DNA of 64,000 nucleotides, taken from NCBI RefSeq assembly GCF_009914755.1, contig NC_060937.1; one strand, 5' to 3'. This document shows positions 12,550 to 26,747 of the stretch, in pieces. The notes under the pieces were generated by a model that was not told where the DNA came from, made no database searches, and saw only the letters and a program-made list of their open reading frames with translations. The position numbers and the translations under genes were made by a program. Each line of letters begins with the position of its first letter. Within the stretch, counting starts at the first letter, position 1. The stretch comes from the human T2T-CHM13v2.0 reference genome, Homo sapiens.

Positions 12550-13353
12550 AATAACATAGAAAAAATGTTTTTTTATTCTGTAAAGCAAGCCCTTGGTTTG
12601 TCCATAATGTGCAATAAATGTCTGGGGACTGTCTCAGCCATTGTTCTTCTGTTAACATGTAGCAATAGGGGAGGAAATTGACCCTTCGATAGCATTGTCC
12701 ACTTGAGCACTTTGGATAGAACAACTGCATGGTCTGTCCTTTCTTGAGACCTTTCATGAACATGGACTTTAGCCTCCAGTGCAGGTGGGTTCAAATCCCA
12801 TTCTCCTGGTTAGAGTCTGTATGACCTTGGGCAAGTTTCTTAACATTTACACAATAATCACAACCAGCAACTAACAGGTATTTATGGAGAACATACTATT
12901 CATATACTCTGTTGTGTGCCTGCCTCCTCAGAGACTCATCTGAAAAATGAAAGTAAGGGTATCCACCTCAGATAGTTGTGAAAGTAACTTACTGAAACAA
13001 TGTATGCAAAGCTCTCAACACATAGTAAATTTTCATTAAATGGCTATTATTATTATTATCATCCTCATCATCATCAATGTGCAACTCTTGTTACTGAGTG
13101 ACCATTATACGCAGTCACTGTCTGCAGAGCTGGGTCAAAAAAGATAAGCAAAACAAGGAGCTCACAGTCCAGCAGGGGACATAAACAAGCTGCTGGGCCA
13201 CCTTACTCTGTGTCACTCTCCATGTGCTTCATGCACAAGCTCATTTAACAAAGTATCCCTCTTGGGCCAAATTTTCCCTCCTGGATACCTACTAAGGTAC
13301 TGGCCAGCAAGAGAAGATACATATGGTAGGAACGTGAGTTACAGAGGTCCTTG

Positions 13354-13610
13354 TACTGAATTATTTGTGAACATTCTTCTCTCCCTCCTCAACATATCCA
13401 GGGGCCATGATTGACCTCTGTTCCTCCATAGTCCCTAGCTCCCTAGCATGTGTGTCCCATAGAGTACTAGATGAATATTTTTTGATGGCCCTAAATTAGT
13501 CAAGGCAAGAGACCGAACCATGGGGAACAATCCAGAAAGAGGTGATAAAGCAGGCTCTGGACTCAGTAATTCACAATGAAAGTGGCATGGGAATCCTGTA
13601 AGCCTGAAGG
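13354..13610 (+). repeat. Local dispersed duplication, copy A (copy B at 15584-15825)
   Basis: Colinear similarity including identical 20-mer tggccctaaattagtcaagg (13486 and 15714) plus shared agaaagaggtga, acaatgaaa and gcctga. Confidence 0.85.
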
Positions 13611-15583
13611 AGTCATGGGCACAGAGGTTCTGGGTATTCCAGCGCCCCCAGACTGTCCATAAACAAAAAAGCCAGAAGCAGCTTCTTATTTAAACCATCA
13701 GGTTTTGGGTCATGCAGTGTTGGCTCAGACATACCAGACCAGACCTGGGAATTCATGACCAAGCCTGAGGATATACAAATGAGCAGGGAAGTGAGCCTTT
13801 CGTTGGAGCCTCCACTAAAGGCACCACTTTTAAGGTGTGTAGGGGGGAAGAAAAGACCCATTTCCACCCTACAATTGTTGAATTCCCTTCTTTCTGGTTG
13901 CCACAATCTTAACATTTTTTGGAATATGTGATATGGCAAGGAGAATAGCGACATCTTCCCACTGGAGTCGCCTCTGTTCTGCGCGTTTTCTAATTGCATG
14001 ACAAATATTTTCTCTGTCATCATTTTCTTGAACTCAGACTTTTTTTTTTCAAGAAAGGAGGATGGCACAAAAAACTTGGCAATAGATTAACGTCATTTTA
14101 TACCCAGATTCAGTTTCTTATATCATAAATGTTTTATCTTTAGAATGTTCATTTTGGAAGAAAGATTGAAAAGACTCTGTGAGAAATTGAATGTGCAAAA
14201 ATTTTGTGAGTCTGTGAATTATAGAGAGTGCATATAAGTCTGTGAATTATAGACAGCATCCTTCCCCTTGAGTTTATTTCTGAGCCAGGCTGGAATTGAA
14301 CATGATCATGTTCTCCACATCTCTGTTTGGCGTACTTCATTCAAACCCTTATCACAGAAGCTCAGTATCAATGTCCCCTGATTTTCCAGCACCCCCACTG
14401 GTTAAACAACAAGGATCATTTTCCCCGGCCCTGTAATGATTTTGCAGTAAAGGACAGAATTGATTTCAGGGCTATGACTCAGGGCTTGGTAAAATATTGG
14501 CCAAGAAGTGGGTGTAAGCAGCCGCTAGCACTCTGGAGATTTCTGTACCTTGTTAGCGGCTAAAAATACTCATGTAACCAATTACGCTAATTTCAAGAAA
14601 ACATCTAAGTATTTGAGTACTTAGCGCTTTCTTCTTAGGAATCTTTAAAGGATTAAGTAGCTTGCTGTATTAATATTCTTCCTTCAGCCATTTTGTGGAG
14701 AAGAAAGTAGGCTGGTATAATTAACAAGGAAGGCTTTTTCCTTGCAAGCTTACTGTGTGTCTATCACTGTACAGGAGAGTAAACAAAAGGAGAGTAAGAA
14801 CTGATTCATGCCTTCTAGATATCTATAGCCTAGGTCAGGGGGCTGGAAACATTCATTCATTAAGCAAAATACCCCAAAGGAGTGGTTCAGGTGGCCAGTG
14901 CCACCAAGGCTCAAGAATGAAGGTAACATGTCCCATGGAGCAGGAGGGAAGATTGTGATAGAGAAGGGGCATCATGGCAGCCGAGCACAGGCCATGCTGG
15001 GTCACTGAGACCACCAGGGCCTTCAGCCGCAGGTCCTGGCCCGTCACCTCCAGAGACAGGAGGGAATTTGCTGCAGGGCCTCTGACTCCTGGCTCTCCTC
15101 TCTTCTTCCACGTGGAAAGAATTACCAGATGCTTTTCTGCTTTAGGCTGCAACACAGGATCTAATTCAGGAGCGACAAGTTGGTTATCCCTCAGACCTCA
15201 CTGCCCACACTTGAAGCCCTAAACACAGTGCTAAAGAGCCTCAGTGGCCTTGCCCCCATCTGCCCGTCCAGATGTTCTTCTCAACGACATGCCTCTTAAT
15301 GCTTGTGTACTTCAAAACCAGATCCTTAAAACCTACCCTGTGCTTTCTGCACCCTATGCTTTCACTGTCACTGTCCTCTCTACCCAGAAGAGCCTTCCTT
15401 GCCGTCTTTCCCTGTGGAGACCACACTTATCCTCAAATCCCACCTTCGATATTCTATCTTTACAAAATCTTCCCTGACCCAACTCCTAAACCACTGGCTG
15501 CCTGGTTGAAAATAATCTCACTCCACCAATTATCCCAATAGCACTTTGTTTGTAGCTTATATCACTCTTCATATTATACTCTA

Positions 15584-15825
15584 TACTGAATTCTCATGAA
15601 TGCCCCTTTCTCCCCACCAAATTCTTTGAGGGACAAGAAAATGCCTTTCACATCCCTGCCCTCAATTTCCTAGCATGTTTCTACCAAAAAGTACTAAGTA
15701 AATATTTGTTATGTGGCCCTAAATTAGTCAAGGTAAGACACTGAGCAATGGAGGACCACCAAGAAAGAGGTGACAAAGGTGTAATCAACAATGAAAATGG
15801 CAGGGAAATTCCATAGGCCTGAGGG
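15584..15825 (+). repeat. Local dispersed duplication, copy B
   Basis: See copy A; offset about 2.23 kb; begins within an L2 3' end (about 15300-15710). Confidence 0.85.
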
Positions 15826-16719
15826 TGGAAGTCACCGGCTAGAGTCAGCTGTACTGCTTCCTAGCTCTGTTATTTTGACCAAATTGTTTAAACTTTTTGG
15901 ATCTCAGTTTCTTCCTTGTGAAATAGACATAGAAGCACCTCTTTGAGTGCTGGGGAGCCAAGATGAAGCATAGAGTCTAGGTGAACTAGCCCAAGTGTGA
16001 ACTTTTGTCATCTATGACTCTAGGTGGGGTGGGGGCGGGGTTCATGTGCCCTTTGAGTTGCCTGCAACTTGGGGGATGTTTGTTAAATGAGCATTCTTCA
16101 GACCTTTGTTATACGGGGCAAGGGGGTGTTGTTCTAGACTGTAGGGGCAGAGGTGTTGACCTCATCACATTTCTTAGTCCATGGCTTGCTATTATCATTG
16201 GTTGCTGCCAGGCCATTCTCATATTTATTAATTATGTATTAATTCTCATGTATCCCCATTTCCTATTCTTCCTCCTCTCTTTGCCCCCATATTTTTTGTA
16301 CCTCCTTAAAAAATCTGTATTTGTTTTGTATTCATGTATTTTTAATTTACTCAAGTGGTAGTGTGCTAAATATTGCATTCTATTTCCTACTTTTTCTCAC
16401 TTAGCACCCTGTTTTAACATCAATCCATATTGTTTTGTATGTATTTGATTCATCTTACCCATCATTAAGTGCTAGGTGCCTTGCAATTTATCAAAAATAT
16501 TGCCACAGAGAGTATTCCTATTCATGTTTCTTGATGAACTTATGTAAAAATCTCTCTGAGATACACCTGGGAACATAGCATCTGCATTTTAGGTAGGGGG
16601 CTCATACACCCCAGCTTACCCAGGATGGTCCATGAATAGTTAATAACACTCATTGCTGAGTCATCCTAGGCAAAGGACATGCTACCTAATTGGAGTAAGT
16701 ACTGCCAGCTTCCCTTCAG

Positions 16720-16890
16720 CAATAGTGATCAACTTTGCATATTGGAATCATTTGGGGAGCTTTAAAAAAATACTGCTGCCTGGGGTCAACTCCCAGGGAT
16801 TCTGATGTAATTGGTCTGAGTGTGGCTTGAGCAACAGGATCTTAAAAGCTCCGGAAAATCCTAACAGGCACCCACTGTTGAGAACCTCTG
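16720..16890. mobile_element. MER5A-type hAT-Charlie MITE
   Basis: gcatattggaatcatttggggagctttaaaaaaatactg...gattctgatgtaattggtctg...gttgagaacctctg. Confidence 0.8.
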
Positions 16891-19423
16891 CTCCACCAGA
16901 ACAGTCTTTACCAATCTACTCTCCCATCAGCAAGGTTTTCATACACCCACTTGGCATTACCCAACTGAAAGCATTTTGTAAAATGTAACTCTGTAAAAAT
17001 CAGGTTTTACTACGACTTGTTCAGTTGGCCATGCCAAGGCTTCAGTGACTCACTCTGATTTAAGATGCTGCTTGCCAGTGTGATATTTCACATTAGCAAT
17101 GATTCTTTTATATAAGCAAATGGTAGTTGGGGGCAGAGTAAACAGGGCTTTGAAAATGCTTTAAATTTTTATTTGAAGTTAAAGGTAGAACTGTCTGGTT
17201 TAATGGGATCCGTCCCCTTGAACAATGTCCAACTCCTAGGCAGCATACCTAGCTCACCGCTGTGTTCACAACTGCCCCAGGCTTGGCAATGGCTCAGATG
17301 GGCAGGAACAAGGTTTGAGTGTCTGTATCTTTTCCTGGTCCTGCCAGCTAACTGCTTGTGTTAAGAAGTAAAGGCAGTTAAAAGAGTGTTGGATTTTTTT
17401 TTTTTTTAAGTTTTAAAAAAGGCCAAAATGTAAGTAGTAATTTTTAAGTGACATTTAGTAAAACCATAAAACCTTGCAAGGAATTAACAGAGCTGGATAG
17501 CAGACTATTTTGGGTTATAGTAGTACCTTCCAAAAGAAAATTGCAACTACTTTAGGTGGCAATCTTTCTAAAATTAATTATAAACTGCCCTCTAAGACAG
17601 AACACACGGAACTGAATTTAATCTCCTTTGCAAATGACCCATTCTCATCATTGTGGACATCAGTGCAATTAGTTTACTCTGTGGAGATGACCAAAATGTA
17701 CCAACCTCTTTGCCTTTTCTCTCAATGTTCCCAGGCTGCTATGACTGGAGCTTCTAAGCCCACTTGTAGTTTTTCTGATTCCTTCCACACCCTTAGGATT
17801 CTAGCCATTACTTCTTAACTACCCCAAGCAAGCCTGTCTGAAATAGCTCCAAATTCTCAAGTCTTCCCTACTGCTGTGCTCCATGGTTGCCTTCAATTTG
17901 CTTTGCTAGAATGATGTCTATAGTACACATAAAGAGGCTCTGACTGAGAGGCTGAACGGGTCTTCAATAAGCAAAGGAACTTTGCAACAAAACTTTTTAC
18001 TCAGAGACCTTTGATAGATTATTACCTGGTGCTCGGCTATGTTCTCAAATAATGGGAATTTTAGCTAACTGGATTCTGGCTAGAAAAAGCTTATGTTGAT
18101 ATCTTAGTCAGTTTAGCGTATCTCATGATACGTAAGGAAGAAGAAACATTCTCGTTGATAATTCATGTTCATTTAGTATCAAGAAATCTTTGTTTTTTAA
18201 AGAAAAAAATAAGTTTACATGCTGTTTCCTCTGCCCAAAAGCCTCTTTCCTCCTTCTCTACATGGCAAATCCTACTTACCTTTGAAGACTCAAGCCCAGG
18301 GCTCCCTTCTTGGGATATCATCCCTGACTCTCCCTAGCAAAATTATCTTTTCTACCTTTCATACTCCCAAAGAGTGGAAGTGTCTCACCAAATAGACTAT
18401 GAGCCTCTTGTTCATCCTTACATACCCAGGACCTAACACTGGGACTGACATTTGGTGCTTAAAATATTTGTGAATAAACGTATATATTTTAGAATATGTG
18501 GCCATCTCATGGAGTGGGAAAGGTATATAAATAGTTAAGGGCGGTACAAGAAAAAAAAACAGATGATAAAGAAGAACAGATAGGAAAGTGAAAATCAGAG
18601 AAGGGGGAAGGAAAGTAGGGGAAGAGAAAGAGAATATGTGAATAACAGACATGTTGAGGACAGTGAGATTTGATAGGCTCTGGAATGTTGGATTACCCAC
18701 CCTTGCCAACTTTTCTGTTTAAGCCATACATTTCAGACTCTGGTTTCCTTTCTTACCTCGTTCCTCTGAGATGCTAATTAGCTTTCAAAACTGGCTCATA
18801 ATCTTTCATTTTTCTTAACCTTAAACCTTAAAACTTCAAAGTTATTCACCCATCACTCCTACTCTCTTGATATAGAACTTCAAGTTTCTTAGCCTGCTCC
18901 CCCTATGTTATCAGAATAATATAGTCAGAATGCAGGAAACACTTTCGTCATCAGAATATTTCACATTGAATGGGAGGGAGCTGTTGTTTAAGGACTTGTG
19001 ATGAGAAGACATGTGTTGTCACCATCACCAGAGGAAACAAGTATCACATAATTCTTTGGACTGTACCCACTATTTAACAAGTTACTCCTTTAGTTAACAA
19101 AAGATAGAAAGAAAAAGGGTGAAGAAGAGGATGCAAAGAGCTTATTTCATATGATCTATAAAATCAAAAGGCAAACAGCAGGGAGTCACAGGTAGCAATC
19201 TGGGATTTAAAGAAAGAAAATACCAACTTCTGAATTCCATGGTTTCAAAACTAATTTATTCACCGTGAACTAATCTTGCAATTCATTAGCTTCACCCAGG
19301 AGACAAGATTGAATGTTAACTCTTTTCCTGACCTATAAATAATAGGTGCCACTTGCTTAGAAATGAAACTTAGTTAGAGCATAATAACAAAGTGAATCAA
19401 TATGATTGTTACAAAGCTAAAAA

Positions 19424-19446
19424 ACACACACACACACACACACACA
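19424..19446 (+). repeat. (CA)n microsatellite
   Basis: Directly visible, about 11 units. Confidence 0.95.
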
Positions 19447-19619
19447 AAAACAGGCTAAGTCCTGGATCTTTGGGGAAAGGAAATTTTCAATTCCCTGCTC
19501 TTTATGGAGAAAAAATGCTTGACAGGAAAGCTGATAGACTTCCCTTAGAAGCGCCACGAGTGAACTAAAAAATAGTCTAAGAATTAAAAATAAAATATAT
19601 ATTTCAATCATTTGTTTAG

Positions 19620-20018
19620 CCTGAATGAATAGCTGGGAACAATGGTATTACTCCATAGGTTAATAATGATGATGTGCCATTAACTGTGGCAATATTGAGT
19701 TCTTGCCAGTGAAGTATGAGTTGTATGCACCGCTTCCAGGCCTGAATCTAAAATACCTGCCATGCATGTTATTCTATGATCTTTCTTCATTTCTGCTAGT
19801 GGGAATGAAGATTACCATGGTGACTTGGGAGCTACTTGTTCAATATGGCAAGTCCTCTGTTAGCCTAGGTCCCTGAATGACTGCATGGAATAGAGCCACT
19901 ACCAACCAACCTGGAACCTACACTGTTTTCTGTTAAGTGAGTAAGAACTAAATCTCTGGTTCTTTACACCACTACACTCTGGAGTTTTAGTTGTTTGAGC
20001 AGCCTATAATAACTACCT
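19620..20018 (+). mobile_element. MLT1J-like solo LTR
   Basis: gcttccaggcctg, gcctaggtccctgaatgactgcatgga, gtgagtaagaactaaat...gttgtttgagcagcc. Confidence 0.7.
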
Positions 20019-20289
20019 ATTTCACTTTTATTTTTGAAAAGTTTTAATAAAGTAAATACATATTAATTGGATAAAAATATTATAAATGAAGAGAAACAAC
20101 AAAAAAGAGGAAATAAAAATCTGTAATTACTCAATATAATAAGATGTACAATCCTAAGACAGGGACCACACATTATCATGTTGTAAGGCATTTTTTTCAC
20201 TTAAAAAATATCATGAACATTTTTCCTTCTGTGTCATTAAATACTATTCTGCCACATAATTTTTAGTGAAGCATTATTAAAGTTACACA

Positions 20290-20386
20290 GATCATTGGGA
20301 AACCGCAGTTGAATGAATAGCAATATTTCTGTTCATAAACTAATGAACCAAAATATTGCTAGGCAACAGTTGTTCTCAGAATGATT
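20290..20386. repeat. Imperfect palindrome, probable ancient hairpin-type repeat (MER135-like, tentative)
   Basis: Core tagcaatatttctgttcat-aaacta-atgaaccaaaatattgcta pairs at 17/19 positions; outer arms weakly complementary. Confidence 0.5.
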
Positions 20387-21167
20387 AGATCCTGGACTAA
20401 TAGCACAGGTGACCACTTGGAAAATTATAATTGGTTCTGATGCATGAACCAGTTGGTATTATCGTAGATGTAAAGCTGCTATAATTTTCTGAAAAATCTT
20501 TGTCAGAATGTAGGAAACATTCCTATCATTAGACTACTTCAGATGGGGGAGAAGAGAGCAGTTGATTATAGACTGTGACTTCTTGATCAGAAGAAAATTG
20601 GTGTCACAATTTAGCGAGCCTAGGCCAAATCAGTTCTGCTTTAGTTCACAGAAAGGAGTCCAGGGTAAGCAAAATTTTTGGTAAAAGTTGCAGACTTTTC
20701 TTATTCCCTTAGAGCCTTGTCATCTGGCCAAACCTAGCTTCAGGAGCATCTGGGAAATGAAATCCAAACAACGTAGCCTTGTATTCACCAAAAATTCCAT
20801 GATATGGAGGAAAGAGAGAACCAATTTGGAGAGAAAATAACAGTCTGCCTCATCTTCCCAAGTCAGCACAGAATGCAATGCAGAAGAACAGGCACTCCAC
20901 CTTAATTGCTCTCTAATATCAACTCCCGCCTTGGCCAAGTATTAGCTCTCTGAGCTAGGACCATGACTTAGCCTCAGCTTGCAAAATGGAGACATTAAAA
21001 TTTACACAGTTGTTATGGAAATTAACTTAATTTATATAATTTATGAATGTAAATTGTTTACTGTAATTACTATGTATTCAGAACCAACAAAAAATTAATG
21101 GCATGTGGCCAGCAGAGAAAAGTGCATATAATACACCAAGGAGCAAATCTTAAGTGACACAAAATAC

Positions 21168-21403
21168 AGGCTGCTGGTTAGAAGCATAACCCTGGAGCCA
21201 GATTGCTCAGATTTGGATTCTGACTCTACCACTTACGAACCACTTTGGCACGTTAGGTTACATCTGTGCCTCAGTTTCCTCATCTGGAAAGTGGGGATTA
21301 TAATTAATATCTACCTCTAGAGTTGCTGTGATGATTGCATGACTTAATGTAGAAAGTGTGTAGCACAGAGCCTAGCACATAGCAAGCACTATCTAAGTGT
21401 TAA
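21168..21403 (+). mobile_element. MIR, near full length
   Basis: ctggagccagattgc...ctgtgcctcagtttcctcatctggaaagtgggga...agcctagcacatagcaagcact. Confidence 0.85.
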
Positions 21404-22396
21404 TTTCTACCCGTCTTAAAGGTGTGTTGCCAAAGAAAATTAACCAGTATTTCTACGAAATCAATACATTGGCCTGAGTCTTTGCAAGTGACATTACACC
21501 TGCACATGCATTGACGATCACCCTAAATATCATGCCATTTTTGTTCCTATTCCCCAGTACTAAGGCTTCTGTGCTTTCCAACCTCAATAGATTAGTATTC
21601 TTTAACATGGGAGGTGGGACTACATTCATCACTCAAATTGGACAGGAATTACATCTGCGCCCAATTTCATTTCCTTTTGGAGTGCCATGCATGTTCTCAT
21701 ACATCTTCCGTGGTTCTGTAATACAGGCTTCTGAATGAACAAAAGTGTCCTTCCAGGTAATGAATTTGCCCAAAGAGTATCCCCGTTGATTCTCAGACTT
21801 TAGGATTGAAAGCTATTCTCAGAATCTAGAATTGAATTAGGCCATGTCTTTCTTTTCTATTATTTTTAATCAGTGTATTCTTGAATAATGATATACGCCA
21901 AAAAGCCCTTCATTATGATGGCTACATTTTAGCAACAATTAAATGTATCCATTTAAATCAATGATAACTTATAATCAGGAAAAAAAGCAAAATAGTAAGA
22001 ACACCTACCTGAATGTCAGATTCTATCAATCTATTCAGTCTCTCTGGTAAGTGTGATTCGTTTGTGGTCCATTCTCACTTTTGTGGAGAATTGCTTTTCT
22101 AGAAAAGTTACCATATATCAAAATTATGTAAGTTAAAAATTATTTTTCCACAGATTTAAAGTCCTATTAGGGCATTAAATTCCTGATCAAATGTTCAATG
22201 TCCAACTTTTTATTAAAGTGTACCTAAAGACTATATTTAGTTGATTAAGAATTATATACCTAATATATACTACAAATATTTAATGCCATATGCCACGTTT
22301 TTATATTCTGCATAATTTCTGCCTTAGCTCATTACAGAAATCTGAAGATGAAGGAATACCTTCACGGAATTCAGAAGGGCTCTTCTCTTCTTTCCT

Positions 22397-23260
22397 AACA
22401 TTTTATTCAGAAGCCATTTGAGACTTACAAAAAAGTTGCAGAAATACTATCTGGAGTTCCATATGCCCTCATCTGGTTTCCTCTAATGTTAACATCTTAC
22501 ATCACCATAGTGCAGTTATTAAAACCAGAAAATTTAATTTCATACTATGAAATTAACTAATTTTTAGACCTTATTTGAATTTCATCACTTGTTTCTTTTC
22601 TGGTCCAGGATTCAATCCAGGATCCTACATTGCATTGAATTGCCACATCTCCTAGTCTTTCCAATTTGGAACAGTTATTCAGTCTTTTAAGAAGACTATA
22701 GGCCAATATTTTGTAAAATGTCCCTCAGTCTGGATTTTCTAACTATTAGGTTGAGGTTATGCTTTCTGGTAAGAACATTACAGAAGTAAAACCTTCAGGC
22801 ATCACACCAGGAGACAGATAATTCCAATATGTCTTACTATGGTGATGTAAACTTTGGTCACTTGATTGATTAAGAAGATACCTGCTGGATTTCTTGCTAA
22901 AAAATGACTGTTTTCCCTTTGTAATTATGAATATCTTGAAAGGGTATATATTTAAAAATTATACTAATAACTGTTTCTCATGATACCTTCACCTACTGTT
23001 AGCATCCATTGATAGTACCCACCTAAAACAATTATTACAGTGGTATTTGCCAAAGAGTAACTTTTCTGTTTCCATCATTCTTTCTACATGTTTTATTGAT
23101 ATTCTACTGTAAGGCCGAATGGCCCCTTCTCTCCCATTTATTCTTTATTCAGTTATTTATTTACACCAATGTGGACTCTTGGATAATTATTTTATTTTAT
23201 AGGCTATAATTCATTACTATTATTATTTATTTTTTTGCTCAGATTCTTCCAGATTTGGCA
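22397..23260 (-). mobile_element. L1MC-like 3' end
   Basis: agacttacaaaaaagttgcagaaata...tttcctctaatgttaacatcttac...ggtccaggattcaatccaggatcc...ccagatttggca. Confidence 0.8.
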
Positions 23261-24438
23261 GGGGCGGGCAGAAAAGCTTGAGGGTTTCACAGCTGCCTCT
23301 GAGGAAACCTACAGGGGACACCTAAGGCTACTTGAGGGCTTTAAGCAAGCTGATCAAAGAATGTGTCTTGTCATTCTCTTACTCACTTTAAAAATTTCCT
23401 GTAGCAAGCACAGGTATTAGATATGAAGTTCTTGGGTTCTGTTCAAAGGTGCCTGGAAGACAAGACATTCATCTGTGTGTTTACTGCTATAAAGCCATAA
23501 TGTATTAACATGGCTTAATATCCTTTCGAGTTCCTCCATTCAAATATACAAAAATCACTTTCTTCCCTTTGGGGAAGGCAAATTCTCCCATAGTTGAAGA
23601 AGTGTCCAATCACATTTCTTATTCTTCTCTTTAGTATATTATAAGCTCCTCCCCAAAAGGAAGGAGTATTGTTAATCTGATTAGAGACTAAATACTGACT
23701 GGGCTGTGTTTTGCTACTGGGCAGGCTTACTGTGCCCTATCAAAGACATAGGGCCATGCCCTGCTTCCTTCTGCCCTTGCTGTCCCTTGGTATGAACTAG
23801 CCTGTATGGTTTGCCTCTGGGGCATGCAGGACAAGGTCTCACTCAGATCTGTTCTTTTCTATTCCAAATAGTCAAAGATTTCTCCATTCTATCCATTCTA
23901 TTTTCCAGCAGAAATGAATCAAACGCCTTGTTGGGGCCTCCCACATTTGAAAATACAGCTTTTTACTGAAGAACTCTGCTTTGGAGGGTGTTGAGTACTT
24001 ACCCCACGGTTAATAAGCAATATTTTGGGAAATTGCTTGGGAAATGCATGCTCCTGGGGAAGAAATGTGTGGAAGGGGGAAATCAGGTTCCAAATGTCAA
24101 CATCCTTGAGAAGACACATAATCACTCCTTTGCCACCTTTTTTCTCATCCGTTCACAGTCATGTGCTCATCCTCTCCTGTGGTTCAGACGGATCAGCCAA
24201 CCCTGACAGAGAGGGAAAATTCATTGTATAACCTGTAGATCAGCCACATCAGAACCATCTAAAAGTGCAGATTTCCTTTTTCTGAAACAGATGGTCCAGT
24301 CGGAGTTGTGTGGGACCTCAGGTCTCCTCAGCCTATCCTCCTTTCTGCTAACCGGTCTGAGATATTCCATGTTATTTACATAGCTGCCCAACTTGCAGGA
24401 TTCTCTACCACCAGGGAAAGTTTACTTAAAAGACTTAC

Positions 24439-24888
<450 letters not shown>

Positions 24889-25344
24889 TAAACAGATCTC
24901 TCAGAACCATACCACACAGTCTGCCTGATGCCCAAACGTTACATCATTTCATGAATTTCTCCTGGGCTGACACATACTTGTTACTCAAGATTCCAGGACA
25001 CCATCTTTAGATCTGAGACTAAATCCCCCAAACTCTCCTTAATGTGCTCCCCGACTTCCCCAAAAAAACTTCTCTGTCAGATCTGTAGCCCCCATCCTCT
25101 TCCGCTCCTGCTTCAAGCTCCTCCCTGCCAGCGCCATTTCACTGAGATCCCAATATGCCTGGAGTGTTAGTCTACCATTTGCCCGCTCCAACATATACAG
25201 AGGAAACAAAATCAAATCCTGATGTGCGGGGATCATCCTGACCTCTCATACTTTCTACCAAGCTTATTTAAGGCAAAGACCAAATCACATTTTTTTCACA
25301 GTAATTAGCATCCTTCCTTGAAATTTATAATATTTAAACACATT

Positions 25345-25640
25345 GAGAGGTTCCAGTTCCAGGTAAGATGGAGTAAGCACACTTCTCCTATCTCTCCCAA
25401 TGAATGCAGCTACAGAACGCATGGGCAGCTGTTTGAGGACTACATTCAGAGTACCCTCATACCTTCAGTGAGTTTGTCAGTCTTTCCCCCATAAGGAGGA
25501 AGAGTTTTCCCTGGCCTGGACCAAATCCAGAAGTGGGCATTGGTATAAGCAGAGAGGCTCCAGGGGAAGATCTGCAGTTTAGGCTCAATGAGAGGCCAGG
25601 GGTCTCCTAGAAGTGACAGCAGAGGTAATGGGGCCCACAG
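25345..25640 (+). mobile_element. Old L1M 5' UTR fragment
   Basis: gagaggttccagttccaggtaagatggagtaagcacacttc resembles L1M 5' termini. Confidence 0.5.
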
Positions 25641-25794
25641 TGCCTGGTATATAGTTGGTGATTAATTGACTAATCGTAATGATAATAACAAATTACATAC
25701 TAATGATGACAATAATAACTAACATTTATTAAGTCCCTGCTATGTGCCAATCTCACATCTGAGCACTTTGCTTATATTCATAAAAATGCCATGA

Positions 25795-25920
25795 AGCTGG
25801 GCATGGTAGCGTACACTTGTAGTCCCAGCTACTGGTGAAGCTGATGCTGGAGGATCGCTTAATCCTGAGAGCTCAAATTTAGCCTGGAAAACATAGCAAG
25901 ACCCTGTCTCTTAAAAAAAA
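25795..25920 (+). mobile_element. FLAM monomer
   Basis: gctgggcatggtagcgtacacttgtagtcccagctac...gcaagaccctgtctcttaaaaaaaa; TSD tgccatgaag at 25787 and 26233. Confidence 0.85.
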
Positions 25921-25925
25921 TTTTA

Positions 25926-26259
<334 letters not shown>

Positions 26260-26260
26260 T

Positions 26261-26481
26261 CAGGGGTCTACAGACTACTTGTGTAAAGGGAAAGATAGTG
26301 AATATTTTAGACTTTGAGGACCAAAGTCTGTGTCACAACTACATAACTCTGCTCTTATAGTGCAAAAGCATCCATAGATAACATGCAAATAAATGACATG
26401 GCTGCGTTCCAATTAAACTTTATTTGCAAAAACAGGCAGCAGAATATGTTTGACTTAAAGCCCATAGTTTGCTGACTGCTA
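26261..26481 (+). mobile_element. MER58A hAT-Charlie MITE, inside an antisense MIR
   Basis: caggggtc...gtaaagggaaagatagtgaatattttagacttt...ggctgcgttccaattaaactttatttgcaaaaacagg...catagtttgctgac. Confidence 0.85.
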
Positions 26482-26747
26482 TTTTATTTTGAAGATGGGA
26501 AAACTGAAACCCAGGTAGCTTGCCCAAGAACACAGAGCTGGTGAATGGCAGAGCCAGGGTTCCAATCCAGATCTTAAGTCTGACTCCTCATCACCACGCT
26601 ACATTGATATTTTTGAGTAAATGAATGAAATGATGACATAGAGACAGACCCAAGTGATATCTTTGGTACGATTTTTTTCAAAGCCCATGGGCAGATGCTA
26701 AGTGTCAGAATGTGCCAAGAAAAAACAATTACAATCCTGAACAAGAC

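Noticed and set aside
13613-14068. Longest ORF (151 aa), plus an alternative-frame peptide ENDDRENICHAIRKRAEQRRLQWEDVAIL
   Set aside because: Neither matches a family I can name; no convincing splice sites; the alternative frame is bounded by stops. A tblastn would settle it.
14853-15250. GC-richer patch with overlapping ORFs and palindrome TTCCACGTGGAA (15106-15117)
   Set aside because: Too few CpGs for an island; ORF overlap reflects GC content; a single E-box is uninformative.
16590-16690. Weak inverted repeat cccagcttacccaggatg...catcctaggcaaagg
   Set aside because: Probably a decayed hAT MITE (MER94/MER81-like); too diverged to call.
24270-24420. Acceptor-like ttcctttttctgaaacag|ATGG followed by unique sequence
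   Set aside because: No convincing donor or recognisable peptide.
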